A DNA stretch of 64,000 nt from a virus (IMGVR_UViG_3300036987_000310:256001-320000), one strand, 5' to 3'. Counted from the stretch's first letter, positions 1 to 9,354 are shown. Program-made: numbers and translations. The notes: generated from the letters alone by a model not told the origin.

Positions 1-159
1 GGGTCAAGCGCATTAGCTTGTGCGCAGAGTGCGCCCGCTTTTACTGGATCCAAACCGTCTATTCCAAGCATTCGTTCAAGCAAGCAACCTTGCAGGAGTG
101 GGTTTGCCACTGCGTGCAGGAAGAATAGCCCAGTCCAAACCGTGGCGGGAGGGTGACGA

Positions 160-405
160 ATGACAAAGCAAGAACTTTTCGAACTGATTGACGGCTACTG
201 GCCCGTGATCTCCAAAGGCAGGGTTGTTGGGTTGGAGAACGACGAGGGAGAAAAGCCTCTTCCTGACGGGGTTGTTGGCTACGTCGACGCCCACCCTGAA
301 GGCTCGGACCGGGGAGGCTACGTTCCGTTTCTGGAGACAGACGGCGAACAGGTCTACCACTACGCTTGCAAATGGCGATGGCTAAGCGGAAGTCAACGGC
401 GATAA
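160..405 (+). CDS. hypothetical phage protein
   Basis: 81-aa ORF with GGAGGG SD upstream; stop overlaps next start (TAATG). Confidence 0.55.
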   Translation: MTKQELFELIDGYWPVISKGRVVGLENDEGEKPLPDGVVGYVDAHPEGSDRGGYVPFLETDGEQVYHYACKWRWLSGSQRR

Positions 406-722
406 TGAGACACGAGCGCTATCACCAGCCAAAAGCAGTGCCCTGCGAATGCGGCTCCACAGAGGCGTACTGGCATGGGCCCGAGACCGGCCTTCGCGAA
501 TATTGCTGCGACGCGTGTTGGGCTCGTCAGCAAAAGCTGTGCGTCTCCTGCGGCGAGCCCATTCCGCCCAAGCGGCTGGAAATCCTGCCGGGCACCACGA
601 CCTGCGTCGCCTGCTCCTCGGTCACAAAAAAGAGCATTCAAGACATGCCTGGTCGAGCCGTGGTTCAGCACACGGGCGGCCTGCACGAGAAATATTTGCA
701 CGAAGAGGACTTGGAAGACTGA
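405..722 (+). CDS. DksA/TraR-type C4 zinc-finger protein
   Basis: CVSCGEPIPPKRLEILPGTTTCVAC matches the DksA/TraR finger; extra N-terminal CxC...CCxxC cluster; start set at TAATG overlap. Confidence 0.7.
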   Translation: MRHERYHQPKAVPCECGSTEAYWHGPETGLREYCCDACWARQQKLCVSCGEPIPPKRLEILPGTTTCVACSSVTKKSIQDMPGRAVVQHTGGLHEKYLHEEDLED

Positions 723-723
723 G

Positions 724-918
724 ATGGCTAAACAACCAATTGACATCCCGTGCGCGTGGTGCTTCGGAGGAACCTTCATGGCCGTGCATTTCATGCAAGA
801 CTTGGACGGCACAGGACCACTGACGCCACTGTGTGTGGGCCATACCATATGCACTGAAGGATTGTTCATTCCTTTGGAAGAAGGACTAGACGCCTGGATG
901 TACGAAGAAGAGGACTGA
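724..918 (+). CDS. small hypothetical protein
   Basis: ATG 1 nt after previous stop; CxxC and acidic tail. Confidence 0.5.
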   Translation: MAKQPIDIPCAWCFGGTFMAVHFMQDLDGTGPLTPLCVGHTICTEGLFIPLEEGLDAWMYEEED

Positions 919-1100
919 AGAACAGGTTTGGCCCCGTCTTAGGGCCAAGACCCCGTCCCAGGTAGTACAAAAGCCAGGAAGACCCCTCCGCGTGGCAGGA
1001 CGGGCCGGTTCGAACAGAACCGAAACCCGAGCGCGCTCGTGCGTATTCGCGACGGGGAACAACGCAATGACCCGGCCGACCGGGTTTTAAGGAGCTAGCC

Positions 1101-1493
1101 ATGATGAAGGTGACCATCCGAGTCGAGTTGACCGTGGACGAGGACGAGATGGCAATCGAGCAGATCGACCTGCCCGCCAAGATTCGCCAGCTTTGCCGCG
1201 ACGCGTTCGGCGAGTTCGGAGACCACAGGCGCGATGCCAAGGCGTACGTTGCCAAGCGGTACTCTGGCGCGTGGTTCGACTCTGCGAACAAGGTCCGCGA
1301 GGTCGAAGGACGTGTCGAGCTGGCCTGCCTCTTGAGCGCGGGGGTCTCGGACGCGATCATCGAGGTCCAGGCATGTTGCCCCAAGTGCGGCGCTGTCGAG
1401 CCCAGGGCTGACTCCACATGCCCCGTTTGCCGGGACGCCTACTGCAGCATGATGGAGAGCGCCGACGCCCAGATGGGAGACTCCACGCCATGA
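1101..1493 (+). CDS. hypothetical protein with C-terminal zinc ribbon
   Basis: AGGAG SD; CPKC...CPVC. Confidence 0.6.
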   Translation: MMKVTIRVELTVDEDEMAIEQIDLPAKIRQLCRDAFGEFGDHRRDAKAYVAKRYSGAWFDSANKVREVEGRVELACLLSAGVSDAIIEVQACCPKCGAVEPRADSTCPVCRDAYCSMMESADAQMGDSTP

Positions 1494-1732
1494 AAATCAC
1501 CGTCGTGACCCTTTACAGGGGAGACACCGCTGACCACTACGTCGGAGCCGTCGCGGGGTCTTTGACCCACGCCCAGCGGCTGGTCGTCGCCAAGCGCCTT
1601 GACGCCAAGTTTGGCGAGGAAGACGAGAACGACGAGCGCCTGGTTTACTTCCGGGAGATTGTCGTGGCCCAAAGCGTCAACGATTTCAAAGGGGTTCAGA
1701 ACATCGACGACGAAGACTACGCGGGAGACTGA
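1490..1732 (+). CDS. hypothetical protein
   Basis: ATGA overlap with upstream gene; GC3-rich codons. Confidence 0.6.
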   Translation: MKITVVTLYRGDTADHYVGAVAGSLTHAQRLVVAKRLDAKFGEEDENDERLVYFREIVVAQSVNDFKGVQNIDDEDYAGD

Positions 1733-1768
1733 TATGTGGCAGGAAGTCGAGCAAGATCTGCCACATAT
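1732..1768. repeat. 11-bp perfect inverted repeat containing TGGCA
   Basis: atatgtggcag (1732-1742) / ctgccacatat (1758-1768), 15-nt spacer. Confidence 0.8.
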
Positions 1769-1991
1769 TTGAGTTGAGCCAATGGCCCTGACAAACCACG
1801 CAAGCCCGGCTTGCTTTCCCATAGCCTAGTGGAGGTTAGCGAGAATGGGGTGGCGATGCGTTTGGTTAAGAAACAAGTGGCTGCAGCGCGTGCAAGGATA
1901 CCGTTCGAACAGCTGCTGCGCGCTGGTTTGCTTGCAGCAGCTGGCAATGGCGGAAACCCGCCGAGCCCTGTCTTGCCCGAAGGAGGGTGAA

Positions 1992-2168
1992 GTGAAAACG
2001 TACCGAGTCAAAATCATGGACGAGAGCGGTTGCCCAGCCGCCATCGAAGTGCGGGTCGGAGACGCGGACAGCCAGCGCGAGGCAGAGCTTCGAGTCAAGG
2101 AGCTGATTGTGCCTGGCGTCGAAGTGGTGTCCGTCGAATTGGGCGAATCGGACGAAACCGAGCCATGA
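1992..2168 (+). CDS. small hypothetical protein
   Basis: AGGAGG SD at 1981 then GTG; stop overlaps next ATG. Confidence 0.55.
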   Translation: MKTYRVKIMDESGCPAAIEVRVGDADSQREAELRVKELIVPGVEVVSVELGESDETEP

Positions 2169-2344
2169 CCTGCTTCTGGTGCCTTTGCAGAGCCGTGCAG
2201 CTTTGGCTCCCAAACAGTCCGTCCGATGGTCCGCTCTGGATCTGCGGCAACCATTCGGAAGACTTCGTCAGAGTGTTGGCGGAGTCAGGGTTCAGGCAGG
2301 CAACGCCTGAAGAGTTCGACATGGGCGTAGTTCATCAGACGTAG
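2165..2344 (+). CDS. small Cys-containing hypothetical protein
   Basis: ATGA overlap; CxxC...C. Confidence 0.5.
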   Translation: MTCFWCLCRAVQLWLPNSPSDGPLWICGNHSEDFVRVLAESGFRQATPEEFDMGVVHQT

Positions 2345-2861
2345 ACCCATGGCATCACTTGACAAAATATGTGGCATATATTTGTGGCAAAGCGCGGCTC
2401 GGTCGGGTCCAAGCATTCAAGCCTGGCGTGCATGGTTGTCTGCGCTCAAATGTGTGGCAGGATTTTTGGCGATCTGTGCCAGGGGGTCTGGTTGGAAACT
2501 GGCGGCTTCAACAGGCCGCAGACGCTTTGAAGGAATCCTTCAAAAGCGCGGTTCAAACCCCTGGCAGGAAGTTTTAAAACCCATGGCATATCCTTCAACG
2601 AGAAGGGCATGAGCAGCCCTGGATCGGCTTCCAACTCTGCCTGATTTGCGCCATTCTTCAAAAGACATTATGCCAATCCTTTTTAAACATTCTGCGCCAA
2701 GATCAGCCGGACGCCATGGCAGGGGTTTGAGACAGGGGTTTGCCAAAGGACCGACCGGAGCAGAGCCATCCACGGATTGCCCCAGTGCAGTCCTTTGGCA
2801 AACCCCTGGCAGGGGTTTTCGAACGCCACGGCAGGACTGTTCAAAATACATGCCGCCCATT
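2345..2861. repeat. non-coding TGGCA/TGCCA array with nested inverted repeats
   Basis: 12 TGGCA/TGCCA copies in 2350-2811; 19-bp perfect IR 2733-2751/2790-2808; palindrome 2526-2544; lies between convergent genes. Confidence 0.75.
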
Positions 2862-3083
2862 TCAAGCAGCGCGACTGTGCTTGAGCGCCAAGGTGAGCTC
2901 CCAGCGCGCAACCAACTGCGCGGGAAGCAAAGAGATGTCTGCCAAGGGCCACGCGCAGTACTCCCACCCCTCCGAGCCGAATCTCTGGATGAGGGATTTG
3001 TCCTTGGGACAGAAGTAGTGATCGGTCCCGCGAAGGGTGCCTAGGTAAACGCAAGCGTCGCAATCATGGGTGTGCAGCGGCAT
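2862..3083 (-). CDS. hypothetical phage protein
   Basis: AGGAGG SD upstream of ATG on minus strand; HDCDAC motif. Confidence 0.6.
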   Translation of the reverse strand: MPLHTHDCDACVYLGTLRGTDHYFCPKDKSLIQRFGSEGWEYCAWPLADISLLPAQLVARWELTLALKHSRAA

Positions 3084-3204
3084 ACTCGTCACCTCCTGTT
3101 AGAACCCAAACCTGTAGCCCGAAGCTAGCGGGACTCGAGATACAGGTTTGGGTGGATCCCCTCGGGGACCCACCCTTCAGGCGGGAGCGGTGGCGGGATG
3201 TCGG

Positions 3205-3681
3205 TCAGCGGACGGAGAACATCGCGGCAGTGACGCCGAGCTCGGGCTCTTGGCCGATGGCCCACACCCGGAGGGAGACCGAGAGCTGCTTGGCGTAGCG
3301 GGACCCGATGTGGCTCAGGTAAGCCATCTGTCCGACGAACTTGAACCCATCGGCCTTGTACTCGGTCTCCTCGTCGGTGGGGGCGCCGTTCAGGAGGGCC
3401 TCGATGGCCTTGGTGGCGGTGGCGGCGTGAGAGGACATGAGCCCGCGACGATTCTTGTCCTTGGTCTCCTTGGTGGCCTGCTCGAACTCGGTCTGCAGGT
3501 GGTACATCAGGAAGGCGTTGGCGATCCGGACGTCATCCCTGTCCTCCAGAACCCGGCGGACGCCCTTCTCGCCGATGAAGGGGTACTGGCGGCCATCCCG
3601 GTTCACGACGGGCGGAATCTCGGAGGCGAGGGCGGCGAGGGTCGAGTCGAGGTCGGTGCAGTTGTCGAGATTGATCGTCAT
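3205..3681 (-). CDS. GC-rich hypothetical phage protein
   Basis: AAGGAG SD before ATG 3681; strong GC3 bias; natural amino-acid composition. Confidence 0.7.
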   Translation of the reverse strand: MTINLDNCTDLDSTLAALASEIPPVVNRDGRQYPFIGEKGVRRVLEDRDDVRIANAFLMYHLQTEFEQATKETKDKNRRGLMSSHAATATKAIEALLNGAPTDEETEYKADGFKFVGQMAYLSHIGSRYAKQLSVSLRVWAIGQEPELGVTAAMFSVR

Positions 3682-4156
3682 GGCTGGCTCCTTCGCGGGT
3701 GTTGGTTCGTCCCGCATCTTCCGTTACGCGGGGTCGGGCTCGATCTCCGCGCGGCCCCATGCCGCCCGATCATCGTCTCCCGTCCTCGCACCCTCCGGTA
3801 CCGCCTGGGGCCCCAGATCCCCGCCCGGTGGGGCGGTGTGTGCATGTGTATTACCATGTGGGATAGACCGGAAGTCCGGGGGTCTCCTGGGTATCCATCT
3901 ATAGGGAGGGGTTATACCTATGTATATGTAGTATACCATACCACATAGTGGAGATAGAGAGGGGTTGCAAGTACCCCTTCTTGGGAGGGGAACCGGATGC
4001 ATGCCTGAAAATGGGTCCTCGCGAAACGATCTGGGTCCGCTCAGTTTTTGCGCAAACAGTTCTTTTCGTCCGATTAAACACTGACCGATTGTTCAGTATT
4101 TCGATTGTTCAGTGTTCCAAGGAACAAACGGCATTCATCGCCAGAAGCAAAACGCC

Positions 4157-4378
4157 ATGAGAAGGACCGATGGCAAGATTGTTTGCGACCTGAACAGTTG
4201 CACGGCCCTGGCTGTTGTGGCGATGGTTGGAAAGCCCAACTCCGGGGATTTGGGGCCGGAGTGGGTGTCGTTCAGGTGCGCCGAGCATTCGGGGCCGTCG
4301 TGGGATCGGCATGTCGACAAGATCCCGGTGCAAGAGTGGGAAAAGCTTCAAGGCTTGAGGGAAGTGCACGAGTCGTGA
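4157..4378 (+). CDS. small Cys/His protein with C-terminal LREVHES tag
   Basis: C...C...C..H pattern; shared C-terminal motif. Confidence 0.55.
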   Translation: MRRTDGKIVCDLNSCTALAVVAMVGKPNSGDLGPEWVSFRCAEHSGPSWDRHVDKIPVQEWEKLQGLREVHES

Positions 4379-4463
4379 AGCTTTTTGGTGGAAAGCTTCG
4401 CTTTGGCTGAAAAAGCTTTGGGTCCTCCAAACAATTTGTAAAGCTTTTTTGGCGGGCGTCGTC

Positions 4464-4754
4464 ATGGCGTGCAATTTCCATGGCGTGGCGCAAAGAGTCG
4501 CTGCGGCTCAAAAAGTGCTGGACGGCAGGGTTGGCGATGGGAAAATTGTTTGGGATTTTCTCGAGGATCTCAAGAAGCGCATGAGCGAGGAGGCGCGAGA
4601 CTACGACGATTGGGGAAGGAGCGTTCCCTTGGCGCAAGAGGCTTTGCGCCAAGTGCAAAGCGGCAGCTTCGCTTCGCTCAGCGACGACGCTGTGGGCGTG
4701 CTGACGTCCAATGTGAAGCAGCTTGTCGACAATCCGTGGATGGCCGGAGTCTGA
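4464..4754 (+). CDS. hypothetical protein with N-terminal VAQRVAA motif
   Basis: 96-aa ORF; shares RVA motif with other ORFs. Confidence 0.55.
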   Translation: MACNFHGVAQRVAAAQKVLDGRVGDGKIVWDFLEDLKKRMSEEARDYDDWGRSVPLAQEALRQVQSGSFASLSDDAVGVLTSNVKQLVDNPWMAGV

Positions 4755-4779
4755 CCTTCGAACGTTGTCCGATCGCTCG

Positions 4780-5256
4780 TCACTCTCTCATGGTCTCGGC
4801 CACGCAAACCAGGTCTGAAATTCTCGCAGCCAACTCGGCGTTTTTCATTTTCGACAAAATCCTTTTGGAGGACGGGCGATAAAGAAACTCCTTTTTCGGG
4901 TCCTCCAGCCCGCCATGGCTTGTCACCATGGCCACAGCTGCTTCCAGAGTCCACGAGTTTGTTTGGAGGTGCCAGCCGCGGCGCCGCTCAAACACCCGAA
5001 AGTCGCCAGCTTGCCCAGCTGCGTCCGCTATCCCGGCCATTTCCGCAGCTAGCGCCTCCCGCATCCCCTCGTTCGCTTCCTCAAACGGCCCGTCCTTTTT
5101 CCAGTTTGCAAGCTTTGCTTCAAACTTTCGAATCGTCAGAAAAGCTAGGCTTTTCTTCGGCCAGTGCTGCAGCTCGCCGCGCGGCCCGATCGCCCACGCT
5201 TCGCCGTTCAAAACTGGAAGCGCGCTCCCTAGGTTTTCCCAAATTGTTTTCAGCAT
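4780..5256 (-). CDS. hypothetical protein with C-terminal VAETMRE tag
   Basis: ORF from internal ATG; shared C-terminal motif. Confidence 0.5.
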   Translation of the reverse strand: MLKTIWENLGSALPVLNGEAWAIGPRGELQHWPKKSLAFLTIRKFEAKLANWKKDGPFEEANEGMREALAAEMAGIADAAGQAGDFRVFERRRGWHLQTNSWTLEAAVAMVTSHGGLEDPKKEFLYRPSSKRILSKMKNAELAARISDLVCVAETMRE

Positions 5257-5273
5257 TGAGTGTAGGCTCGAGC

Positions 5274-5465
5274 ATGAGCGAAGTTTTGGACAAATGCCCC
5301 AATTGCCAATCCTACAATGTGCAGACAAAGGTCGTTCACAATCCCGACACTTGCGACATGAACGCCGAGGCAACTCTTGCTTGCTTGGATTGCAAGCAAG
5401 AGTGGGAGGGCAAAGTCATGTCTCCTCGAATGGAGGAAGATCGTCGGCGAGGGTTTGCGATTTAG
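5274..5465 (+). CDS. zinc-ribbon protein
   Basis: CPNC...CLDC. Confidence 0.55.
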   Translation: MSEVLDKCPNCQSYNVQTKVVHNPDTCDMNAEATLACLDCKQEWEGKVMSPRMEEDRRRGFAI

Positions 5466-5521
5466 GGCCTCGCTCGACAAGCCCTTTTCGGGTGGTTACA
5501 ACTTTATTTTTCTGCCCAGCC

Positions 5522-6022
5522 ATGAGCATTGCACGCATCGCCGCGCGCGTGGCTGGCTTTGGGAGCGAGCCCGGTTTCCCGGACATCCTTCCGCTCGTTT
5601 ACAAGTTTTTCGGCCATGCGAGCTGGGAAGACGTGGAGTCTTCGCCCCTGGACGACGAAGACAAGGCTGCCGTCGGCGACGTCCTTTCGAAAAAAGCTCG
5701 GCTCCAAGATCTTTACGGCGCGTGGGAGGCGTCGCGGCGCAGCTTTCGCGACGAAGACAAAGCTTTCCATCGCTTGGCCATGGGGCGGGCCCCGGTCGTC
5801 GAAGCTCTCTCCAATCTGATGAAAGCCGCGCGCCCCAAAATCGAGCAAAGCGGCGAAAAGTGGAGCCCGAAATACGACGCCGCTTTCGACTACATTGTCA
5901 AATGGGAGTTTCCGGCCGATCCTGACAAAGGCTGGTGGGTGGACGTCTGGGTGCAAGGCGTCCACGACTTGACGACTGCGATTTTCAGCCAGCTTCTGCA
6001 TTTGAGCAAGCCGAAGCTGTAG
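5522..6022 (+). CDS. hypothetical protein (N-terminal IAARVAG motif)
   Basis: 166-aa ORF from ATG 5522. Confidence 0.65.
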   Translation: MSIARIAARVAGFGSEPGFPDILPLVYKFFGHASWEDVESSPLDDEDKAAVGDVLSKKARLQDLYGAWEASRRSFRDEDKAFHRLAMGRAPVVEALSNLMKAARPKIEQSGEKWSPKYDAAFDYIVKWEFPADPDKGWWVDVWVQGVHDLTTAIFSQLLHLSKPKL

Positions 6023-6062
6023 CTCGGAAGCTGTCGCAGGCGTTTGGCTGTAAACTGCTCAA

Positions 6063-6449
6063 ATGCAGGAAACATCTGTGCAATGGCTTGAGCGCGTTCA
6101 GCTCGAGTCGAAAAATCCCGAAGCCAAGCGGAAAGCGAAGCAAGCTCTTGCGCAGTGGCGAGCCATGACTCTCTTTTGGAAACAGGAGGGCCTTTCGCTT
6201 CGGCGCTCGCTATGGGACCTTTTGGCTGGCGTGAGCGAAAGAGGGGGCAAAATCGTGGAGACGTTCGACTCCGAAACGACAATCAGGACTGGGGGGCGCC
6301 AGTTTGTCTTTCCAGTGTTTGTCGAGGCTTTGCAGCGGCGCGCAAGGGACCCGAAGACGGCTCCGGGGGCCGTCTTCGCGGGCGTTCATCCAAAGTCGTT
6401 TCGCGCGCCGCAACGCTCCAAGTGGGGCAACGACATTTGCAAGACCTGA
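6063..6449 (+). CDS. hypothetical protein
   Basis: 128-aa ORF in co-oriented string. Confidence 0.5.
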   Translation: MQETSVQWLERVQLESKNPEAKRKAKQALAQWRAMTLFWKQEGLSLRRSLWDLLAGVSERGGKIVETFDSETTIRTGGRQFVFPVFVEALQRRARDPKTAPGAVFAGVHPKSFRAPQRSKWGNDICKT

Positions 6450-6464
6450 TTGCGTCTTCGCGAC

Positions 6465-6680
6465 ATGAAAATCGAGAAAGTCGTGACAGCCACAAAGACG
6501 CCCCACGATTGGGAGCGCGACGGGTTTCATTGGCGCTGCAGAGCTTGCGGGGCGATTGCTGCGGAATTTGGCGACAACGGGTTTCCGGACCCTTACGGAT
6601 CGGTCGTCTATGCCAAGGGCATGGACTGCGTGGAGGCTTCTTGCGACGAGATGTCGGTTCTCAAAGTGATGAGGAGCTAG
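6465..6680 (+). CDS. small Cys-rich protein with C-terminal VLKVMRS tag
   Basis: H..W...CxxC...C...C; shared C-terminal motif. Confidence 0.6.
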   Translation: MKIEKVVTATKTPHDWERDGFHWRCRACGAIAAEFGDNGFPDPYGSVVYAKGMDCVEASCDEMSVLKVMRS

Positions 6681-6712
6681 AGTTCACAAATCGTTAACTG
6701 CGACGACAAAAC

Positions 6713-7111
6713 ATGAGCACGATCTCCAAGCGCGTTGCCGCGCAATGGCTCGAAGCTGCCGTTTCAGGTCCTGACGCTTGTCCAAACTGTCGCGGAACTG
6801 GCTTCGTGAACTTGGGAGACTGCCCCGAGTGCGAAGGAACCGGGCGCAACGTTTCGGAGTCTGCGCCGACTGGCCTGTCGATCAGCGAGCTTTACGACAA
6901 GTTGATTGCGGACGCAAAAGCCAACAGAATGAAGAAGCTTCCGGTCAACCAGATCTTGCACCTGATGCAGGACTCCGAGTCGATATCGCGACACGAATTG
7001 AGCGATCGCGCGCAGGAGCTTTTGCGGATGGCTCCACATCTTGCTGAAGAAGACTGGAGGCAGCTGACCCGTCTACTGATGAGAGCATACAACGCCTGGG
7101 GAGGCATGTAG
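6713..7111 (+). CDS. DnaJ-type CxxCxGxG zinc-finger protein
   Basis: CPNCRGTG and CPECEGTG repeats; N-terminal ISKRVAA. Confidence 0.65.
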   Translation: MSTISKRVAAQWLEAAVSGPDACPNCRGTGFVNLGDCPECEGTGRNVSESAPTGLSISELYDKLIADAKANRMKKLPVNQILHLMQDSESISRHELSDRAQELLRMAPHLAEEDWRQLTRLLMRAYNAWGGM

Positions 7112-7123
7112 CTGTTTTCAGTT

Positions 7124-7543
7124 TCAGGGGGAGCTGGGGGGAAGCGTTTTCGAAGCAGAATTGGAGTCTCCAACGTCTGGAAGCTCAATGTTCCATTTGC
7201 GTTGGACCAAAGTTTTGACAATCCGGTAGGCCCATGTGGAGAAAAATCCGGCAAGAACGCCGTAAATTGTGCGCATGGCGAGCGACGCAGCGAACACGCT
7301 CGGATAAGGGAAGCTCTTCATGGAAGCAGCGAGCAATGCGCCAACTAGAATCGGAAGGGTCGGCAGGATGAGCTCCCGCCAGATGCGGGACTTGATGAAG
7401 CTCGAATCCTTCAGGCTTGGGCTTACAACCTCGCTAATCTTTCTGAGTATCCCGCTGATTATGTTGACAATCATCGCAAAAACAAACGCTGCGATGACAT
7501 GCTTGTAGAATGTTTCCCCGCCAAGAGTTTCGATGATGTCCAT
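7124..7543 (-). CDS. holin-like membrane protein
   Basis: three hydrophobic segments; AGGAG SD; charged C-terminus; holin role is inference. Confidence 0.5.
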   Translation of the reverse strand: MDIIETLGGETFYKHVIAAFVFAMIVNIISGILRKISEVVSPSLKDSSFIKSRIWRELILPTLPILVGALLAASMKSFPYPSVFAASLAMRTIYGVLAGFFSTWAYRIVKTLVQRKWNIELPDVGDSNSASKTLPPSSP

Positions 7544-7580
7544 TTTGTCTCCTCGCAAAAGGAGCTTTATCATAGGCGCA

Positions 7581-7955
7581 TCATTCGGACATGGAGCGGA
7601 AGACGCTCATGGATGCTTCATGCACTGTTTTCGGGTTCATCTCGGACGTGTGCACCCTCCATTCGACTTTGTTGAGGGTGGCAAACAGTTTTTCGGTTCC
7701 GCTTGACGCGTCAAGCGACAAAGACAATAGAACCCCGATGTCTTCTCGGTCCACGTCTGTCAGCTCGTTTCCTCGAGAAAGTTCCCAACACATTCTGGAG
7801 CATCTAAATATTTTTTCCATGGAGTCAGCGTCCTCCATGGCGACCCACCGAATGATGCGCCTCCTAAGCTGGTTTGCTATGTCCGGCGCATCGTCTCCCA
7901 AGATTATGTGAAGCAAGCCCCCGGACACTTCATTCTCATACGTGTCTTCTCTCAT
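7581..7955 (-). CDS. hypothetical protein with C-terminal VFRSMSE tag
   Basis: ORF from internal ATG 7955; shared C-terminal motif. Confidence 0.55.
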   Translation of the reverse strand: MREDTYENEVSGGLLHIILGDDAPDIANQLRRRIIRWVAMEDADSMEKIFRCSRMCWELSRGNELTDVDREDIGVLLSLSLDASSGTEKLFATLNKVEWRVHTSEMNPKTVHEASMSVFRSMSE

Positions 7956-7980
7956 GGAAAAGATTACGCGCGACCGCCCT

Positions 7981-8757
7981 TCATTTACGCGGGGTGTCCC
8001 GCCAGGTTTCCGGAAAATCTTCAATGTTTCTGACAGTGGGGCGGTAGGGGTCGACGCCGCCGCCTTCTGCCGTTTCTGCGGCGTCGTCGACGTCTTTTCT
8101 ATGAAGCCATGTCTTGAGGCTTTTCACCACAGAGTCTGTGGCGCCGTTTTCTGTGACTTCCGGAGCTCCCTCGACCTCGAACTTGTACGAGTACAGCACT
8201 TGAGACAGCATGACCCTGCCCTCGTACCGCTCCCCGATTTCAAACTCAATGGCCGGGAGTCCGCTGCTGTCGTCCAGTTCCTGTGCTCGCCACCCTCTGG
8301 ACTCGATTTCGCGCATCAGTCTGCCGATTTCTCTTTTGTGTAGATCTAGAAGTGGGTTCATGTGGGTAGCCACAACGAGAAACGCTTTTCTGAGCCAAAA
8401 CGCTGTGTCTGGCCGTTCCGGATCGGACGCGAGTCGCCTCAAAAAAGACGAAAGTCTTTTCGGACTGGAAGCGAATTGTTCCCACATGTTTCCGGCCGGG
8501 GTTTCTCCTGCCAGCGACTCCCTGATTGATCCCAGCGGGTCGGAAGAATACCCCTCGTCTTTGTCGGACGGGTCTTCCATCGCTTGGAGCGTCCAGTGGT
8601 ACAGTGCGTCAGCTTGTTTTGCATACAGGGTATACGGATGTGCTACAATCTTAATGCCGCCCGATTCGTTCGGAATAACGCTTATGTCTCCAAACGATTT
8701 TATGGCTTTTGCTATGTCGTCGAGCGTTTCAATGAATGCATGTCTTTCCATGAACAC
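7981..8757 (-). CDS. hypothetical protein
   Basis: 258-aa ORF, natural composition. Confidence 0.65.
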   Translation of the reverse strand: MFMERHAFIETLDDIAKAIKSFGDISVIPNESGGIKIVAHPYTLYAKQADALYHWTLQAMEDPSDKDEGYSSDPLGSIRESLAGETPAGNMWEQFASSPKRLSSFLRRLASDPERPDTAFWLRKAFLVVATHMNPLLDLHKREIGRLMREIESRGWRAQELDDSSGLPAIEFEIGERYEGRVMLSQVLYSYKFEVEGAPEVTENGATDSVVKSLKTWLHRKDVDDAAETAEGGGVDPYRPTVRNIEDFPETWRDTPRK

Positions 8758-8787
8758 AGTTGCTTATTTAAAATGTAATAAGACGTC

Positions 8788-9354
8788 ATGGAAATCTACA
8801 TAAGCACGGACATAGAATCTGATGGGCCGATCCCGGGCTCGAATTCTATGCTGTCGTTCGGATCCGTGGCTTTGACAGCAGATGGCGAAGAACTCGGCGC
8901 TTTTTCTCGAAACCTTGAAACGCTGGAAGGAGCCTCTAGCGATCCGGACACCATGGCCTGGTGGAAGAAAAACCCAGAAGCGTGGGATGCGTGTCGGAAA
9001 GATACAGTTTCGCCAGCGAGAGCCATGAAGGAATATGTGGACTGGGTGAAATGGTTGGGGAACAGCCCCGTGTTTGTGGCTTATCCGGCTGGGTATGATT
9101 TCACCTTCGTGTATTGGTACATGATGAAATTTGTCGGACAGAGCCCGTTCTCATTTTCTGCTGTGGACATCAAAACATTTGCCATGGCTTTGATGAGAAA
9201 GCCGTACCGCGAATGCACGAAGCGTAAAATGCCGAAGGAGTGGTTTGCGCCTGGCGCAAAGCACACACATGTCGCTGTTGAAGACGCAAGGGAACAGGGT
9301 TTGTTGTTCATAAACATGCTCAAAAGTTCGCAAAAGTATCGCTTGCACACATGA
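8788..9354 (+). CDS. DEDDh 3'-5' exonuclease
   Basis: ISTDIESDG (ExoI), GYDF (ExoII), HTHVAVEDA (ExoIII). Confidence 0.85.
   Translation: MEIYISTDIESDGPIPGSNSMLSFGSVALTADGEELGAFSRNLETLEGASSDPDTMAWWKKNPEAWDACRKDTVSPARAMKEYVDWVKWLGNSPVFVAYPAGYDFTFVYWYMMKFVGQSPFSFSAVDIKTFAMALMRKPYRECTKRKMPKEWFAPGAKHTHVAVEDAREQGLLFINMLKSSQKYRLHT

Noticed and set aside
2345-2861. CRISPR mini-array
   Set aside because: No constant-length direct repeat with unique spacers; the conserved core is only 5-11 bp and occurs in both orientations; no cas operon.
2349-3063. ORF-track ORFs overlapping the TGGCA array
   Set aside because: They overlap in several frames, lack SD sites and have unnatural composition; best explained as chance ORFs.
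3148-3948. 266-aa plus-strand ORF
   Set aside because: Antisense shadow of the GC3-rich minus-strand gene 3205-3681; G/L/V-biased composition.
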